Source: an uncultured Gemmataceae bacterium (GTDB lineage Bacteria > Planctomycetota > Planctomycetia > Gemmatales > Gemmataceae). Taken from it: 64,000 bases of DNA. Every line of letters begins with the position of its first letter. The first letter of the stretch is position 1. The notes beneath the pieces were generated by a model that did not search any database, was not told the DNA's origin, and saw nothing but the letters and a program-made list of their open reading frames with translations. Location: assembly GCA_963750165.1 (NCBI GenBank), contig CAVVPN010000004.1:544001-608000 (forward strand), in the 5' to 3' direction. The position numbers were made by a program, and so were the translations under genes. Of the stretch, positions 1 to 11,103 are shown piece after piece.

Positions 1-774
1 CAGCCGCCGCGCCGCCGCGCCCAGCAGCACCCCCGCCAACCCGGCGATCTCGAAACCGCCGAGCTTCGCCACCACGTCGAGCGCGTCCGCCGGGTCGGGC
101 CGGTTGATCCGCAGCGCCCGCTCAATGACCGCCACCTTGTTCCGCAATCCCTCGTCGTTGACACCGGTGCCGCGGCCGGTCACCTCCGCGGCCGGCCGGC
201 CGGTCAGCACGGCGGTGAGGCCGCTGGCCGCCGTGCTGTTGCCAATGCCCATTTCGCCCACGCCGAGCAGCCGCACCCCCGCTGCGTGCTGCTCGTCGGC
301 CAGGCGGATGCCGGCTTCCAGAGCGCCGGCGGCCGCTTCCGGGCTCATGGCCGGGCCGCGGGTGAAGTTGGCCGTGCCGGGCCCCTGACGATACTGCCGC
401 AGTCCCGGCGCCGGCACGGGCTGCAAAATCCCCAGATCCGCCACGACGACGGGCACCCCCTGCTGGCGGGCCAGGACGTTGATGGCGGCGCCGCCCGCCA
501 GGAAGTTCGCAACCATCTGGCCAGTGACCGCCGCCGGGTAAGCGCTGACGCCCTCCGCGGCGACGCCGTGATCCGCCGCCAGGACCAGCACCGCCGCGGC
601 CGGCAACGGCGGGTCAGCCGTGCCGTAAGCCGCGGCCAGACGGACGGCCAGTTCTTCCAGACGGCCCAGGCTGCCGCGCGGCTTGGTCTTGGCATCCAGC
701 CGGGCCTGGGCCTGCGCGGCGGCCGTTTCGTCCGCCGGGACGATGGCGGCACAGGTCTGTTGCAAAAGCGTCAA
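1..774 (-). CDS. cobT: Nicotinate-nucleotide--dimethylbenzimidazole phosphoribosyltransferase (3' end beyond window)
   Basis: Manual translation from TTG at 774 (overlaps cobU stop): MTLLQQTCAAIVPAD...LDAKTKPRGSLGRLEELA...AADHGVAAEGVSAYP...QMVANFLAGGAAINVLA...GEMGIGNST; not in the ORF track because it runs off the edge. Confidence 0.92.
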   Translation of the reverse strand, partial: MTLLQQTCAAIVPADETAAAQAQARLDAKTKPRGSLGRLEELAVRLAAAYGTADPPLPAAAVLVLAADHGVAAEGVSAYPAAVTGQMVANFLAGGAAINVLARQQGVPVVVADLGILQPVPAPGLRQYRQGPGTANFTRGPAMSPEAAAGALEAGIRLADEQHAAGVRLLGVGEMGIGNSTAASGLTAVLTGRPAAEVTGRGTGVNDEGLRNKVAVIERALRINRPDPADALDVVAKLGGFEIAGLAGVLLGAAARRL

Positions 775-1328
775 GGCAGTTCCTCCATGACAGGAACGAC
801 CGGGCCGGGCTTGAGCCGCAGGACGATGCCCAGCACGGCGAAATACACCTCGTCGGCCGCGGCGGCCAGGCGCTGGTGCGCCAGACCGGCCACATCGCGG
901 AAGGTGCGGCCCAGCGGCGTCTCCGGCACCAGACCGAGGCCGACCTCGCTCGTCACCACGACGACATGGGCCGGCTGTCGCCGCAGCGCCGCCGCCAGTT
1001 CCTCGACGCGACGCAGGACGCCCTCCGGTCCCTCGTCCTTGAGCAGCAGGTTGGCCAGCCACAGCGTCAGGCAGTCCAGCACGATCACGTCGGCCGCGTC
1101 GATGCGGGCCAGCGCTTCGGGGACCGCGAGCGGCTCCTCGGTGGTGCGGAAGTCGGCGCCGCGCGTCTGTTGATGGAGGCGGATGCGGTCGCGCATCTCG
1201 GCGTCGCCGGCCTGGGCCGTGGCCAGGAAGTGGCGGCGCCGCCCCAGCTGCCGCGCCCGCGTCAGCGCGAAAGCGCTCTTGCCGGAGCGCGTGCCGCCGC
1301 CGACCAGCACCATGGTGTTGTTCGCCAT
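771..1328 (-). CDS. cobU: Bifunctional adenosylcobinamide kinase / adenosylcobinamide-phosphate guanylyltransferase
   Basis: GGTRSGKS P-loop, EMRDRIRLHQ, LDCLTLWLANL, EVGLGLVP...RTFRDVAG motifs; GAGGAGG RBS; coupled to cobT. Confidence 0.95.
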   Translation of the reverse strand: MANNTMVLVGGGTRSGKSAFALTRARQLGRRRHFLATAQAGDAEMRDRIRLHQQTRGADFRTTEEPLAVPEALARIDAADVIVLDCLTLWLANLLLKDEGPEGVLRRVEELAAALRRQPAHVVVVTSEVGLGLVPETPLGRTFRDVAGLAHQRLAAAADEVYFAVLGIVLRLKPGPVVPVMEELP

Positions 1329-1379
1329 GCCTCCTCCCCAGAAAACGCACTTCCCAGCTCGCCGTGGTTTGACTTATGA

Positions 1380-1461
1380 GGCGAGCGGCGCGGCGTCAGC
1401 CCGCCGGTCCCAGACCAACCTGCGGTCACAGTACCGGCGGGCTGACGCCGCGCCGCTCGCC
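1380..1461. repeat. Intergenic palindrome (REP-like), 29-bp perfect inverted repeat
   Basis: ggcgagcggcgcggcgtcagcccgccggt (1380-1408) / accggcgggctgacgccgcgccgctcgcc (1433-1461). Confidence 0.85.
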
Positions 1462-1681
1462 AAACGGTTCCTTCCGCCAGCACTTCTTATGAGGCGGCCC
1501 GGTCGCAATCAAGAAAACCGGCCGCAGGCTTGCGCGCGGCGGTCGGCGCATGCCGCGCTGACGGGACGGTCCACGGGTACACACTCTGCGGGCGCTCGCT
1601 TGCCGGAATGGCGGTTCGGCCGTAAGATTGACAAGCTGGCGAACGGGGAAAATGCTACAATGCCGGTAAGCACACACCGTC

Positions 1682-1710
1682 TTGTCAAACACCAACGGGG
1701 TGGGTATGAT
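1682..1710 (+). promoter_or_regulatory. Putative sigma70 promoter for the RsbW-like gene
   Basis: TTGTCA-17 nt-TATGAT about 70 nt upstream of the ATG at 1782. Confidence 0.5.
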
Positions 1711-1781
1711 ACGCCCCCGTCTCACACCGGGTTGTCTCGGTATCTGGCGGAGGTGCTTACGAAATCTTCTGGAGAAGTCGC

Positions 1782-2222
1782 ATGTCCGACTCCCCGCGTT
1801 TGACCCTGACCATTCCCAGCGAACTGCGCATGCTGACCGTGGCCCGCGCGTTCGTGGAGGCCGTCTGTCAAACCCGCAACCTCGACAAGCGCACCACCCA
1901 CTCCATCATCCTGGCGACCGGCGAGGCGCTGAGTAACATCATCCGCCACGCCCACCGCAACCGGCCGGACGCCCAGATTCAGGTGCAGTGCCAGGCCAAC
2001 AGCCATGCGTTCGAGGTCACGCTCCTCGACGAGGGCGAACCGTTCGACCTGAACCAGGTGCCGCACCTCGACCCCGGCGAGATTCGCGTCGGCGGCCGCG
2101 GCGTGTTCCTGATGCGCAAGCTGATGGACGAACTGGTCTGTGAGGCGCGCGGCCCACACGGCAACCTGCTGCGCATGGTCAAGCGCTGTGCGGAAGGCGC
2201 TACCGTGCGCGAGGTCGGCTGA
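1782..2222 (+). CDS. Anti-sigma factor / Ser-Thr kinase, RsbW/SpoIIAB family (HATPase_c_2)
   Basis: LATGEALSNIIRHA (N box), DEGEPFD (G1), GGRGVFLMRKLMDE (G2). Confidence 0.88.
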   Translation: MSDSPRLTLTIPSELRMLTVARAFVEAVCQTRNLDKRTTHSIILATGEALSNIIRHAHRNRPDAQIQVQCQANSHAFEVTLLDEGEPFDLNQVPHLDPGEIRVGGRGVFLMRKLMDELVCEARGPHGNLLRMVKRCAEGATVREVG

Positions 2223-2468
2223 CGGGCACGTTCGCCCGAAATTGCCTGAACCCGGGCCGCCCGCTGGCCGATAATGGAAAGGACAGGAATGTGAGCACCT
2301 GAACAGTAAGTGACGGCTGTTCGGTGCGCACGACAAACCCATCACGGAACGGTCGCGCTGTCCATGTCTCGGCGACCAAGTGGGTTGAATCTACCGACCC
2401 CAATGCGTTATCATGACCCGGGCGCGGGCTGTGGAGGCGAAGGGCCTGCGCCCCGGGGGAGAAGACCC

Positions 2469-2675
2469 ATGCACATCCACAAGGCTCGTCGTCCGCAAGG
2501 ACCGAAAACCAAGCAGCGCTCCTGGTGGCAGGCCGCGCAGGCCGACACCGAGGATCCGACGCTGTTCCGCGCCGGCCTGGTCGAGCAGGTTCGCCAGGAG
2601 ATCGCCGCGGGCACCTATGAAACGCCGGAAAAACTGGAGGCCGCCCTGGAACGGCTGCTCGGCAGTCTGCGATAA
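2469..2675 (+). CDS. Small protein with FlgM-like (anti-sigma28) C-terminal segment
   Basis: RAGLVEQVRQEIAAGTYETPEKLEAALERLL resembles the FlgM C-terminus; purine-rich RBS before ATG 2469; start uncertain. Confidence 0.6.
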   Translation: MHIHKARRPQGPKTKQRSWWQAAQADTEDPTLFRAGLVEQVRQEIAAGTYETPEKLEAALERLLGSLR

Positions 2676-2687
2676 ATGAATTCACAG

Positions 2688-2739
2688 GGTCGGAGCCCGA
2701 GCGCCAGCGCTGCCCCGCGCTGGCGCTCGGGCTCCGACC
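2688..2739. repeat. Intergenic palindrome, 23-bp perfect inverted repeat (related copy at 34593-34640)
   Basis: ggtcggagcccgagcgccagcgc / gcgctggcgctcgggctccgacc. Confidence 0.85.
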
Positions 2740-2807
2740 ACGCACAACTTGCTATAATGATGATGAGTCTCGGTGAACGCGCGTCCCGTCAGCGAGGAGA
2801 TGCACCC

Positions 2808-3295
2808 GTGCAGTTGCCAGCGATCGCAATGTCGCAGAGCCCGGAAGACAAGTTCCGCGAGTACCTGGCGAGCCGGCCGCGGCGCAGCGCTACACCGAAC
2901 AGCAGCGCGATCTGGTCCGCTTCATTTTCAGCCAGCACAGCCACTTCGACACCGACCAGCTCATCGACGCCGTGAAGGCCGAGGGCTTTCAGGTCAGCCG
3001 CGCCACCGTGTACCGCACACTCAACAAGCTCGTGGACGCCGGACTGCTGCGGCGCATCGATGTCGGGCCGCGCATGTTCTACGAACAGGACTACGGCTAC
3101 CCGCAGCACGATCACCTCGTCTGTCAGGAGTGCGGCAAGAAAATCGAGTTCCAGGCGCCGGCAGTCACGCTTGCGCTGCAGGAGATTTGCCGGCAGCATC
3201 AGTTCCAGAGCAGCGGCCATACGTTCGTCATCCGCGGCACCTGTGCGGAGTGCAACCGGGCGCGCACGACCAAGCGGCGGTTGGACCTGGTGTGA
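2808..3295 (+). CDS. Fur-family transcriptional regulator (apparent 1-bp frameshift near 2881)
   Basis: SQSPEDKFREYL in one frame joins QRYTEQQRDL..HSHFDTDQL..VSRATVYRTLNKLVDAGLL..HDHLVCQECGK..CAEC in another; GAGGAG RBS before GTG. Confidence 0.85.
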
Positions 3296-3601
3296 CGAAC
3301 CGCGGTCACGGCTTGCCGCTGATGGGGCTTTCGATCTCCAGGGTTTCAGTTCCTCGCGCAGGCCCACGAGCCCCTGCTCCAGCGGTCCTTGCCGCGGCAT
3401 GCGGAATTGTCGGATTTCCCTCTGTTCTTTTTCCCCCTTCCAGTGTATACTTCATCTGGCTCTTGGGCCTTGCGAACGGTTTTGTTGGTCGTCTTGCACT
3501 TCCACCCACCTTCTCTGTCCCATGTAAGTCTAGCGTTTTCGGTGCGGGACCATCCCACCACGGGATGGCTGCGTACCTGTTTTTCTTTCACGGAGGCCCA
3601 C

Positions 3602-3949
3602 ATGGGCAAGAAGTTGTACGTAGGCAACCTGGCCTACGGCGTCAGCAGCAGCGATCTGCAGACGATGTTCGAGGCGCACGGCTCGGTGCAGTCGGCGCAG
3701 GTCATCATGGACCGCGACACCGGTCGCTCCAAGGGGTTCGGCTTCGTCGAGATGGGTTCCGACCAGGAAGCCCAGGCGGCCATCGCCGCCCTTGGCGACA
3801 AGGAAGTGGACGGCCGGCGCCTGACGGTGAACGAGGCCCGTCCCAAGACGGAGGGCGGCGGCGGCAGTGGTCGTGGCTTTGGTGGTAGCGGTGGCGGTGG
3901 CGGCGGCGGCGGCGGCAGCCGTGGCGGCTACGGCAGCCGTCGGTATTAA
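3602..3949 (+). CDS. RRM RNA-binding protein with Gly-rich tail
   Basis: KLYVGNL (RNP2), RSKGFGFVEM (RNP1), RLTVNEARP, Gly/Arg/Tyr tail; GGAGG RBS. Confidence 0.95.
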   Translation: MGKKLYVGNLAYGVSSSDLQTMFEAHGSVQSAQVIMDRDTGRSKGFGFVEMGSDQEAQAAIAALGDKEVDGRRLTVNEARPKTEGGGGSGRGFGGSGGGGGGGGGSRGGYGSRRY

Positions 3950-3960
3950 TCGACCTGAAT

Positions 3961-4026
3961 ACGCACGGAGCCCGCAGCGACTGCAAAGGGGTTGCCCCTT
4001 GCTGGTGCTGCGGGCTCCGTGCGTTT
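3961..4026 (+). terminator. Stem-loop after RRM gene (probable terminator)
   Basis: acgcacggagcccgcagc...gctgcgggctccgtgcgt followed by tt. Confidence 0.55.
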
Positions 4027-4125
4027 CCAGACCGTCCCGGCTCACTTTCGCCTCATTCGGAGGCACACCGAAGTGGGTGCTTTGCCCTTGACCCGCGGCG
4101 GTCGGCCCCGTATACGCCCGCCATC

Positions 4126-5237
4126 ATGAAAACCATTCATCCGTTCGCACTGGGCGTCCTGACGCTTCTGGGTCTGATGGCGGCCGGCACGGCCCACGCC
4201 GACCCGCCGCTGCGCGCCACCGGCAAGGTGCTGCTGCTGGACAACTTCCGCACCCTGGAAGGCGACATCCAGCGGCAGGGCGAACAGTACATCGTTCACC
4301 GCGGCGCTGGAGAGATGGTGCTGTCGGCCAGCAAGGGGCTGCGCCTGTGTGCCAGCTGGGAGGAGGCTTTTGCCTTCATGCAGTCGCAGGCCAACCTGCG
4401 CGACCCCGACGAGCGGCTGCGGCTGGCGCGCTGGTGCGAATCCAACGGCCAGCGTGCCCTGGCCGTGTCCGAGGTCAAACATGCCCTGGACATGCGGCCG
4501 GGCCACCCGGACACGGTGGCGTACTGGAAGAAGCTGCAAAATGCGCCGTCCGCGGGACCAACCGGCGGCATGGCGGCGAAGCTCAACCCCGACGCGGGGC
4601 TGCCGGTTGTGGACCTCAGCGCCGAGTGCCTGGCCCTGTTCAACACGCGCATTCAGCCGCTGCTGATGAATGCCTGCGCCGGCTGCCACGCCAGCGGCCG
4701 CGGCGGTGAGTTCAAGCTGGTCCACTGCGTCGATGCCACCGTCAACCGCCGGGCGACCCAGATCAACCTCGCGGCCGTGCTGGCGCAGATCAAGTTCGAG
4801 CAGCCGGAGTCCAGTCCGCTGCTGTACAAGTCGTTCAGCAAACACGGCCTCACCGCCCAGGCGCCCTGCCGGGCCGCCAGTCGGCGGCTTACCAGATGCT
4901 GCTGGAGTGGGTGCAGATGACGGTGCATGACAACCCGCACCTGCACAAGGAGACGGTGGCGAAGGCGCCCGCCACGGTGGCCCCGGTGGCCGTGACGGTG
5001 CCGACCGCGCGGCCGCCAGTGACGCCCGTGGCGTCGGCGCCCGCCGGCCCCACGCAGACGTTCGCGGTGGCGCTGAACCAGGCGCCGGCGCCGCCGACGC
5101 CAGGGGAAACGGTGATCCGGCAGGTGGAGCACCAGACGCAAACACTGCCGCCACCGCAAGCGCCGGCCGAGCAGCCGGCGTCAACCGACCCGTTCAGCCC
5201 ATCGATCTTCAACCGCGAGAATCACCCGAATCGGTAA
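4126..5237 (+). CDS. Secreted hypothetical protein with one CxxCH motif and Pro-rich tail (apparent frameshift near 4865)
   Basis: Signal peptide (AHA-D), NACAGCH motif; ORFs 4126-4920 and 4896-5237 join as QAPLPGRQSAAYQMLLEW if one C is restored. Confidence 0.7.
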
Positions 5238-5283
5238 GCGCACCTGGGCCATTTACAGATTCGGAAAAATCCGAGACAACGTT

Positions 5284-6492
5284 ATGTCGATGGCCCCCTC
5301 GCCGCGCCTGTTGCTCTGCGCCGACCAGTCCGCGGCCGCCGCCGAGTTGCGCCGGCCGCTGGAACAGGCCGCGTTCGCGGTGGACAGCCACGGCTTCGGT
5401 GACTTCAACGGCCACGACCTCGCCGCCTACCGTTTGGTGCTGCTCGACGGCACCGGCGACCCCGGCGCGGCCCTGCAGTGCTGCCGCCGCCTCCGCGGTC
5501 ACCTCGGCGAGCATTTCGTGCCCATCCTGTTTGTGACCGCCGACCTGAGTCCCGCCGCCCGCCTCGCCAGCCTGGATTGTGGCACCGACACCTATTTGTT
5601 GCACCCCTTTGAGTCCGCCGAGTTGATCGCCCAGGTCCGCGCCCTGCTGCGCATCAAGGACAGCCACGAGCGCCTGGCCGACAAGACCGCCGAGGTGCAG
5701 CGCATCAACAAGCGCTTGCAGTCCGCGTATCAGCAGATCGACCAGGAACTGGAACTGGCCCGCCGCATTCAGGAGAGTTTTCTACCGCAGACGCTGCCGG
5801 AGGTGCCACAGGTGCGCTTCGCGGTCCACTACCACCCCTGCGGCCGGGTCGGCGGCGACTTCTACGACGTCTTCCGGCTGGACGAGAGCCATCTCGGCTT
5901 CTACGTCGCCGACGCGATGGGCCACGGCGTACCGGCGAGCCTGCTGACTATCTTCGTCAAGAAGGGCGTGCGGACGAAGGAGATTCACGGCCAGCAGTAT
6001 CGCCTGGTGCCGCCGAGCGAGGTGCTGCAGCGCCTCAACCGCGACCTGATCGAACAGCAGTTGTCGGAGAACCCATTCATCACGATGGTGTACGCGCTGT
6101 TCAACTTCGCCGACGGCACCTTGCAGTTCGCGCGTTCGGGCCATCCGTACCCGCTGCATGTGCCGTGCGACGGCGAGCCGCGGTTGTGGCAGATCGAGGG
6201 CAGTTTACTGGGTGTGTTCGACACGCATTATCCGACGCGGGCGGAGCGACTGCGGCCCGGCGACAAGGTGCTGCTGTACACCGACGGCATCGACCACGCC
6301 CGTTTCGAGCAGGAGCCGCCGGGCGTCAAGAGCGTGCTGGCGTGGGCGGCGCGGCACCGGGCGCGGCCGGTCGGCGAGCTGGTCGGCCTGCTGCAGCGCG
6401 AGCTGTTCGGCCAGGCGCCGCCCCGGGACGACCTGACCGTGCTGGGGCTGGAAATGCTGCCGGCCTTGTCAGGTGGCCGCGCCGCTCTCTAA
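5284..6492 (+). CDS. PP2C/SpoIIE-family phosphatase with N-terminal receiver-like domain (RsbU/RsbP-like)
   Basis: ELELARRIQESFLP, VGGDFYD, VADAMGHG, LLYTDGI, RDDLT motifs. Confidence 0.92.
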   Translation: MSMAPSPRLLLCADQSAAAAELRRPLEQAAFAVDSHGFGDFNGHDLAAYRLVLLDGTGDPGAALQCCRRLRGHLGEHFVPILFVTADLSPAARLASLDCGTDTYLLHPFESAELIAQVRALLRIKDSHERLADKTAEVQRINKRLQSAYQQIDQELELARRIQESFLPQTLPEVPQVRFAVHYHPCGRVGGDFYDVFRLDESHLGFYVADAMGHGVPASLLTIFVKKGVRTKEIHGQQYRLVPPSEVLQRLNRDLIEQQLSENPFITMVYALFNFADGTLQFARSGHPYPLHVPCDGEPRLWQIEGSLLGVFDTHYPTRAERLRPGDKVLLYTDGIDHARFEQEPPGVKSVLAWAARHRARPVGELVGLLQRELFGQAPPRDDLTVLGLEMLPALSGGRAAL

Positions 6493-6542
6493 AATGAATA
6501 TCCTCATTCAACGAACCCGGACCCCCGGAAGGATGGCGAACC

Positions 6543-6803
6543 ATGAAGGAAGGTATTCACCCCAAGTACGAGGAAGCGACCGTCACCTGCGGCTGCGGTA
6601 ACAAGTTCACGACGCGCAGCACGAAGAAGAACATCACGGTCGAAATCTGCTCCGCCTGTCACCCGTTTTTCACCGGTAAGATGAAGTTCGTGGACACCAC
6701 CGGCCGCGTTGAGAAGTTCCAGAAGAAGTACAACTGGGACAAGCGCAAGGCCGACAGCAAGGACGCCGCCGCGGCCGCCAGGGAGGCCGCCGCCAAGAAG
6801 TAG
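6543..6803 (+). CDS. rpmE: 50S ribosomal protein L31 (Zn-binding type)
   Basis: [33 protein letters not shown]. Confidence 0.97.
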   Translation: MKEGIHPKYEEATVTCGCGNKFTTRSTKKNITVEICSACHPFFTGKMKFVDTTGRVEKFQKKYNWDKRKADSKDAAAAAREAAAKK

Positions 6804-6934
6804 CTGTGAATCGCTTCCTAGCTGGTGCTGCCGCTCGATTTATCGTTTCGCGCTGGTGATTCGGGCGCGAAACGATGAATCGGGCGGTAGAATGTCCTCG
6901 CATCCTGGCAGGAACGATCCACAGGCATCCCATC

Positions 6935-8020
<1,086 letters not shown>

Positions 8021-8035
8021 GCAAAGAGGCCCACC

Positions 8036-8926
8036 GTGACGCCGAAAGCCGTAGAGCACGAGGCTCCGTGGACCGTCGGTCGGCTGCTCGACTGGACGGC
8101 CAAATTCCTGCTGCAAAAGGGCGTGGAGTTCCCGCGCCTGGACGCGGAGGTGCTGCTGGCCCACGCGCTGGGTTGCAAGCGCATCGACCTGTACGGCGTC
8201 CGCCACGGCGAGGTCGCTGACGACGACGTGCGCAAGCGCTACCGCGAACTGATCGGTAAGCGCGTGGAGGGCTGTCCGGTGGCGTACCTGGTCGGCCGCA
8301 AGGAATTTTTCTCGCTGGAGCTGGAGGTTGGCCCGGCGGTGCTGATCCCGCGGCCGGACAGCGAACTGCTCGTGACCGAATGTCTGGCCCTGGCGAAGGC
8401 GCTGCCGGAACCCGCTGTTCTGGACCTGGGCACCGGCAGCGGCAACCTGCCGGTGGCGATCGCCAGGCACCACAGGACCGCTTGGCTGACGACCGTGGAC
8501 GTGAGCGCCGACGCCCTGGCGGTGGCGGGGCGCAACGCGGCGAAGCACGGCGTCGCGGAGCGGATCACGTTCCTGCAGGGCGACCTGTTCGCGCCGTTGC
8601 CAGCGGGCACGGCGTTCGACTTCGTCATCAGCAACCCGCCGTACATCCCGACCAGCGACATCGCGGGGCTGGCGGCGGGGGTGCGCAACTACGAGCCGCA
8701 CCTGGCGCTGGACGGCGGCGTGGACGGCTTCGCGGTGTTCGAGCGCATCGTCGCGGAGGCGCCGCGGTATCTGAAGCCGGGCGGCTGGCTGCTGCTGGAG
8801 ATTGGGTCGCCGCAGGAACTGCCGGCGCGACGGCGATTGGCGGCGGCGCCGGGGTTTGAACTGACCGAGACGGTGTGCGATGCGGCGCGGCATCCACGCG
8901 TGTTGAAGGCGCGCTGGCGACCGTAG
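8036..8926 (+). CDS. prmC: Release factor glutamine methyltransferase
   Basis: PVAYLVG, VLIPRPDSE, LDLGTGSG, SNPPYI, EPHLALDGG. Confidence 0.96.
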   Translation: MTPKAVEHEAPWTVGRLLDWTAKFLLQKGVEFPRLDAEVLLAHALGCKRIDLYGVRHGEVADDDVRKRYRELIGKRVEGCPVAYLVGRKEFFSLELEVGPAVLIPRPDSELLVTECLALAKALPEPAVLDLGTGSGNLPVAIARHHRTAWLTTVDVSADALAVAGRNAAKHGVAERITFLQGDLFAPLPAGTAFDFVISNPPYIPTSDIAGLAAGVRNYEPHLALDGGVDGFAVFERIVAEAPRYLKPGGWLLLEIGSPQELPARRRLAAAPGFELTETVCDAARHPRVLKARWRP

Positions 8927-9097
8927 GCGGTTGCAATCTTCGACCGATCCCTGTTCGTTGGCCCTGCTCCCTCCTAGATACTTCAGGAGAGGGGTACCTG
9001 TCTGCCGTAAGCGCTCCATCACTTCCCGAGGAAGAATCCCGGCATTGTTGTCGGGATACCTGACCTGTTGTCGCGGTTCCATGCCGCGGGAGGATCC

Positions 9098-9514
9098 ATG
9101 AATCGCAAGTTCGTCTGCGCAGCGGTGGCGACGCTGATGCTGTTCAGCTTCGCCGTGGCCGACGAGTTCATGGCCGTCATCACCAAGGTCGAGAACGGCA
9201 AGGTGACGTACAAGACGTTCAAGTTCAACGTGGAAGAGAAGAAGCTCGAGTTCGGCGACGCCAAGACCCTGCCGACCACCAAGAACGTCAAGGTGGTCAA
9301 GGGCAAGTTCGACAAGGACACCAAGAAGATGGTGGCCGGCGACGCCATTGAGGACGGCCTGAAGAACAAGATGTTCACCGACATCAAAACGGACGGGCCG
9401 GGGCCGTTCGGCGGTGGCTTGATGGCCACCATCGTGACCGACGGCGGCAACAAGAAGATCACGGAAATCCGTGCGGCCGCCTTCGGCTTCAAGAAGAAGA
9501 AGAAGGACAACTGA
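9098..9514 (+). CDS. Secreted Lys-rich hypothetical protein (paralog of 9622-10005)
   Basis: Signal peptide ending AVA-DEF; GGAGG RBS; shared ITKVENG and FDKDTKK..GDAIEDGLKN motifs. Confidence 0.8.
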   Translation: MNRKFVCAAVATLMLFSFAVADEFMAVITKVENGKVTYKTFKFNVEEKKLEFGDAKTLPTTKNVKVVKGKFDKDTKKMVAGDAIEDGLKNKMFTDIKTDGPGPFGGGLMATIVTDGGNKKITEIRAAAFGFKKKKKDN

Positions 9515-9621
9515 GCCGGGGCCGCCAACGCAGTCGTTGCCGATTCGGGCCCGCTTTCCGGCACACCCGGGGAGCGGGCCCGATACCGTTCCTTCCCTGG
9601 CCCCGCAACGGGAGACCCCTC

Positions 9622-10005
9622 ATGAATCGCACGTTCGTTGGCGCGGCGATGGTGACGTTGGCGGTGTTCGGCGTCGCCACGGGCGATGAGTTCATTGCCA
9701 TCCTCACCAAGGTGGAGAACGGCCGGGTGACCTTCGTCCGGGCCAAGTTCAACAAAGAGAATAAAAAATTCGAGAAGGGCGAACCGGTGACCCTGCCGCC
9801 AGCCACCAACATCAAGGTGGGTCGGGCCAGGTTCAACAAGGACACCAAGAAAACCGAAATCGGTGACCCCATCGAAGGCGGGTTGAAAAACGAACTATTC
9901 AACACGCTCGGCCCGAACGGGATGCCGGTTCGCATCATCACCGACGACGACAACCGGCGCGTGCTGGCGATCGTGGTAACGGGGAAGAAGAAGTCCAGCA
10001 AATAA
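9622..10005 (+). CDS. Secreted Lys-rich hypothetical protein (paralog of 9098-9514)
   Basis: Signal peptide; LTKVENG and FNKDTKK..GDPIEGGLKN motifs. Confidence 0.8.
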   Translation: MNRTFVGAAMVTLAVFGVATGDEFIAILTKVENGRVTFVRAKFNKENKKFEKGEPVTLPPATNIKVGRARFNKDTKKTEIGDPIEGGLKNELFNTLGPNGMPVRIITDDDNRRVLAIVVTGKKKSSK

Positions 10006-10164
10006 CGGATTGCGTCCGCCGCAAGCAGCGGTCAAGAAGGGTCGCGGCGTCATCGGCAAATCTTTAATGGTCCACTCATGTTGCGCGGGTAAACTACAAT
10101 CCTGACCCGGTCGGTTGGGCGGTGGATGCAATGGGGTACCGTTCTGCTTCGACAGGGGCCAAGC

Positions 10165-11061
10165 ATGAGCAAATCGCGCTGCTGGCGGTGGGGCCTCGTC
10201 CTCGCCATCCTGGGATGCGCCCAGATCAAGTTCGACGGTTGTGGTTGTCCGCTGGCGCAGGCCAGCCCCCAGGTGAAGGTCCGGGCGGCGGGTGCGAACG
10301 CCCGGGCACAGAAAGAACAGGATGCGCAACAGAGTGGCTGGCACGTCGATGCTCGCGGAACCGCCACCTACACGTGCAAATTCATCGAGGCGTCGGATGC
10401 CGCCGAGACACTTCACAAGTTCCTCGGCTCTGAACTGGAAGAGGACAGGGGCGGATTCCGCAGACCGATCCTCCGCACCCACGAGATCACCGTGGACGAG
10501 GAGCGAAACAGGATCACCATCAATGCTCCGGCGGACAAGATCGCCAGGGCCAAGGAGATCCTCGCCCAGATCGACAAGGGCGGGATCCGGTATCGGGGCG
10601 GCGCCCCGATTCTGCAGCGCATCGAGATCCCAAGCGGCAACGCCGAGGCCCTCGCCAAGGCGTTGCGTGCGGCGTTCAAGCAGTCGCAAACGCTGAACAT
10701 CTCCAACATCGGCCAGAACGCCATCCTGGTCTACGCCCGGCCGGGCGACCAGATTGCCATCGCGCGGTTCCTCGCGGTGCCGAAAACCTCCAACGCAATC
10801 ACGGAATTGATTCCGCTGACGAACCTGAAAGCGGCCCGGATGGCCAACACGCTGAGCAGGATGGGCGACAAGGACGGTGCGTACATCGAGGCGGACACCG
10901 ACCGTAACGCCATCATTTTCCGCGGCACCGCGCGGCAACTCGCCGAGGTCAAGGGGCTGGTTCGGATGTTCCAATCGGACCTCCGCAACAACCTGGGGTT
11001 GATGGATTCCGCACGCTTGCAAACCGAGATAACCGGAGCCGACCGGTCGGCAGGACGGTGA
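10165..11061 (+). CDS. Secretin N-terminal (NolW-like) domain protein, no secretin barrel
   Basis: Signal-like N-terminus; ITVDEERNRITINAPADKIARAKEILAQIDK and IEADTDRNAIIFRGTARQLAEVKGLV resemble Secretin_N repeats. Confidence 0.65.
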   Translation: MSKSRCWRWGLVLAILGCAQIKFDGCGCPLAQASPQVKVRAAGANARAQKEQDAQQSGWHVDARGTATYTCKFIEASDAAETLHKFLGSELEEDRGGFRRPILRTHEITVDEERNRITINAPADKIARAKEILAQIDKGGIRYRGGAPILQRIEIPSGNAEALAKALRAAFKQSQTLNISNIGQNAILVYARPGDQIAIARFLAVPKTSNAITELIPLTNLKAARMANTLSRMGDKDGAYIEADTDRNAIIFRGTARQLAEVKGLVRMFQSDLRNNLGLMDSARLQTEITGADRSAGR

Positions 11062-11103
11062 ACCATTGAGGTGCCATTCCTTCAATCCGACAGGGGAAAC
11101 GCC

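Noticed and set aside
1628..1661. TTGACA...TACAAT promoter
   Set aside because: Spacer is 22 nt, too long for a -35/-10 pair, although TGCTACAAT could act alone as an extended -10
1329..1780. Cobalamin riboswitch upstream of cobU-cobT
   Set aside because: No B12-box or GCCACTG-type core seen on the minus strand; the visible structure is a REP-like palindrome
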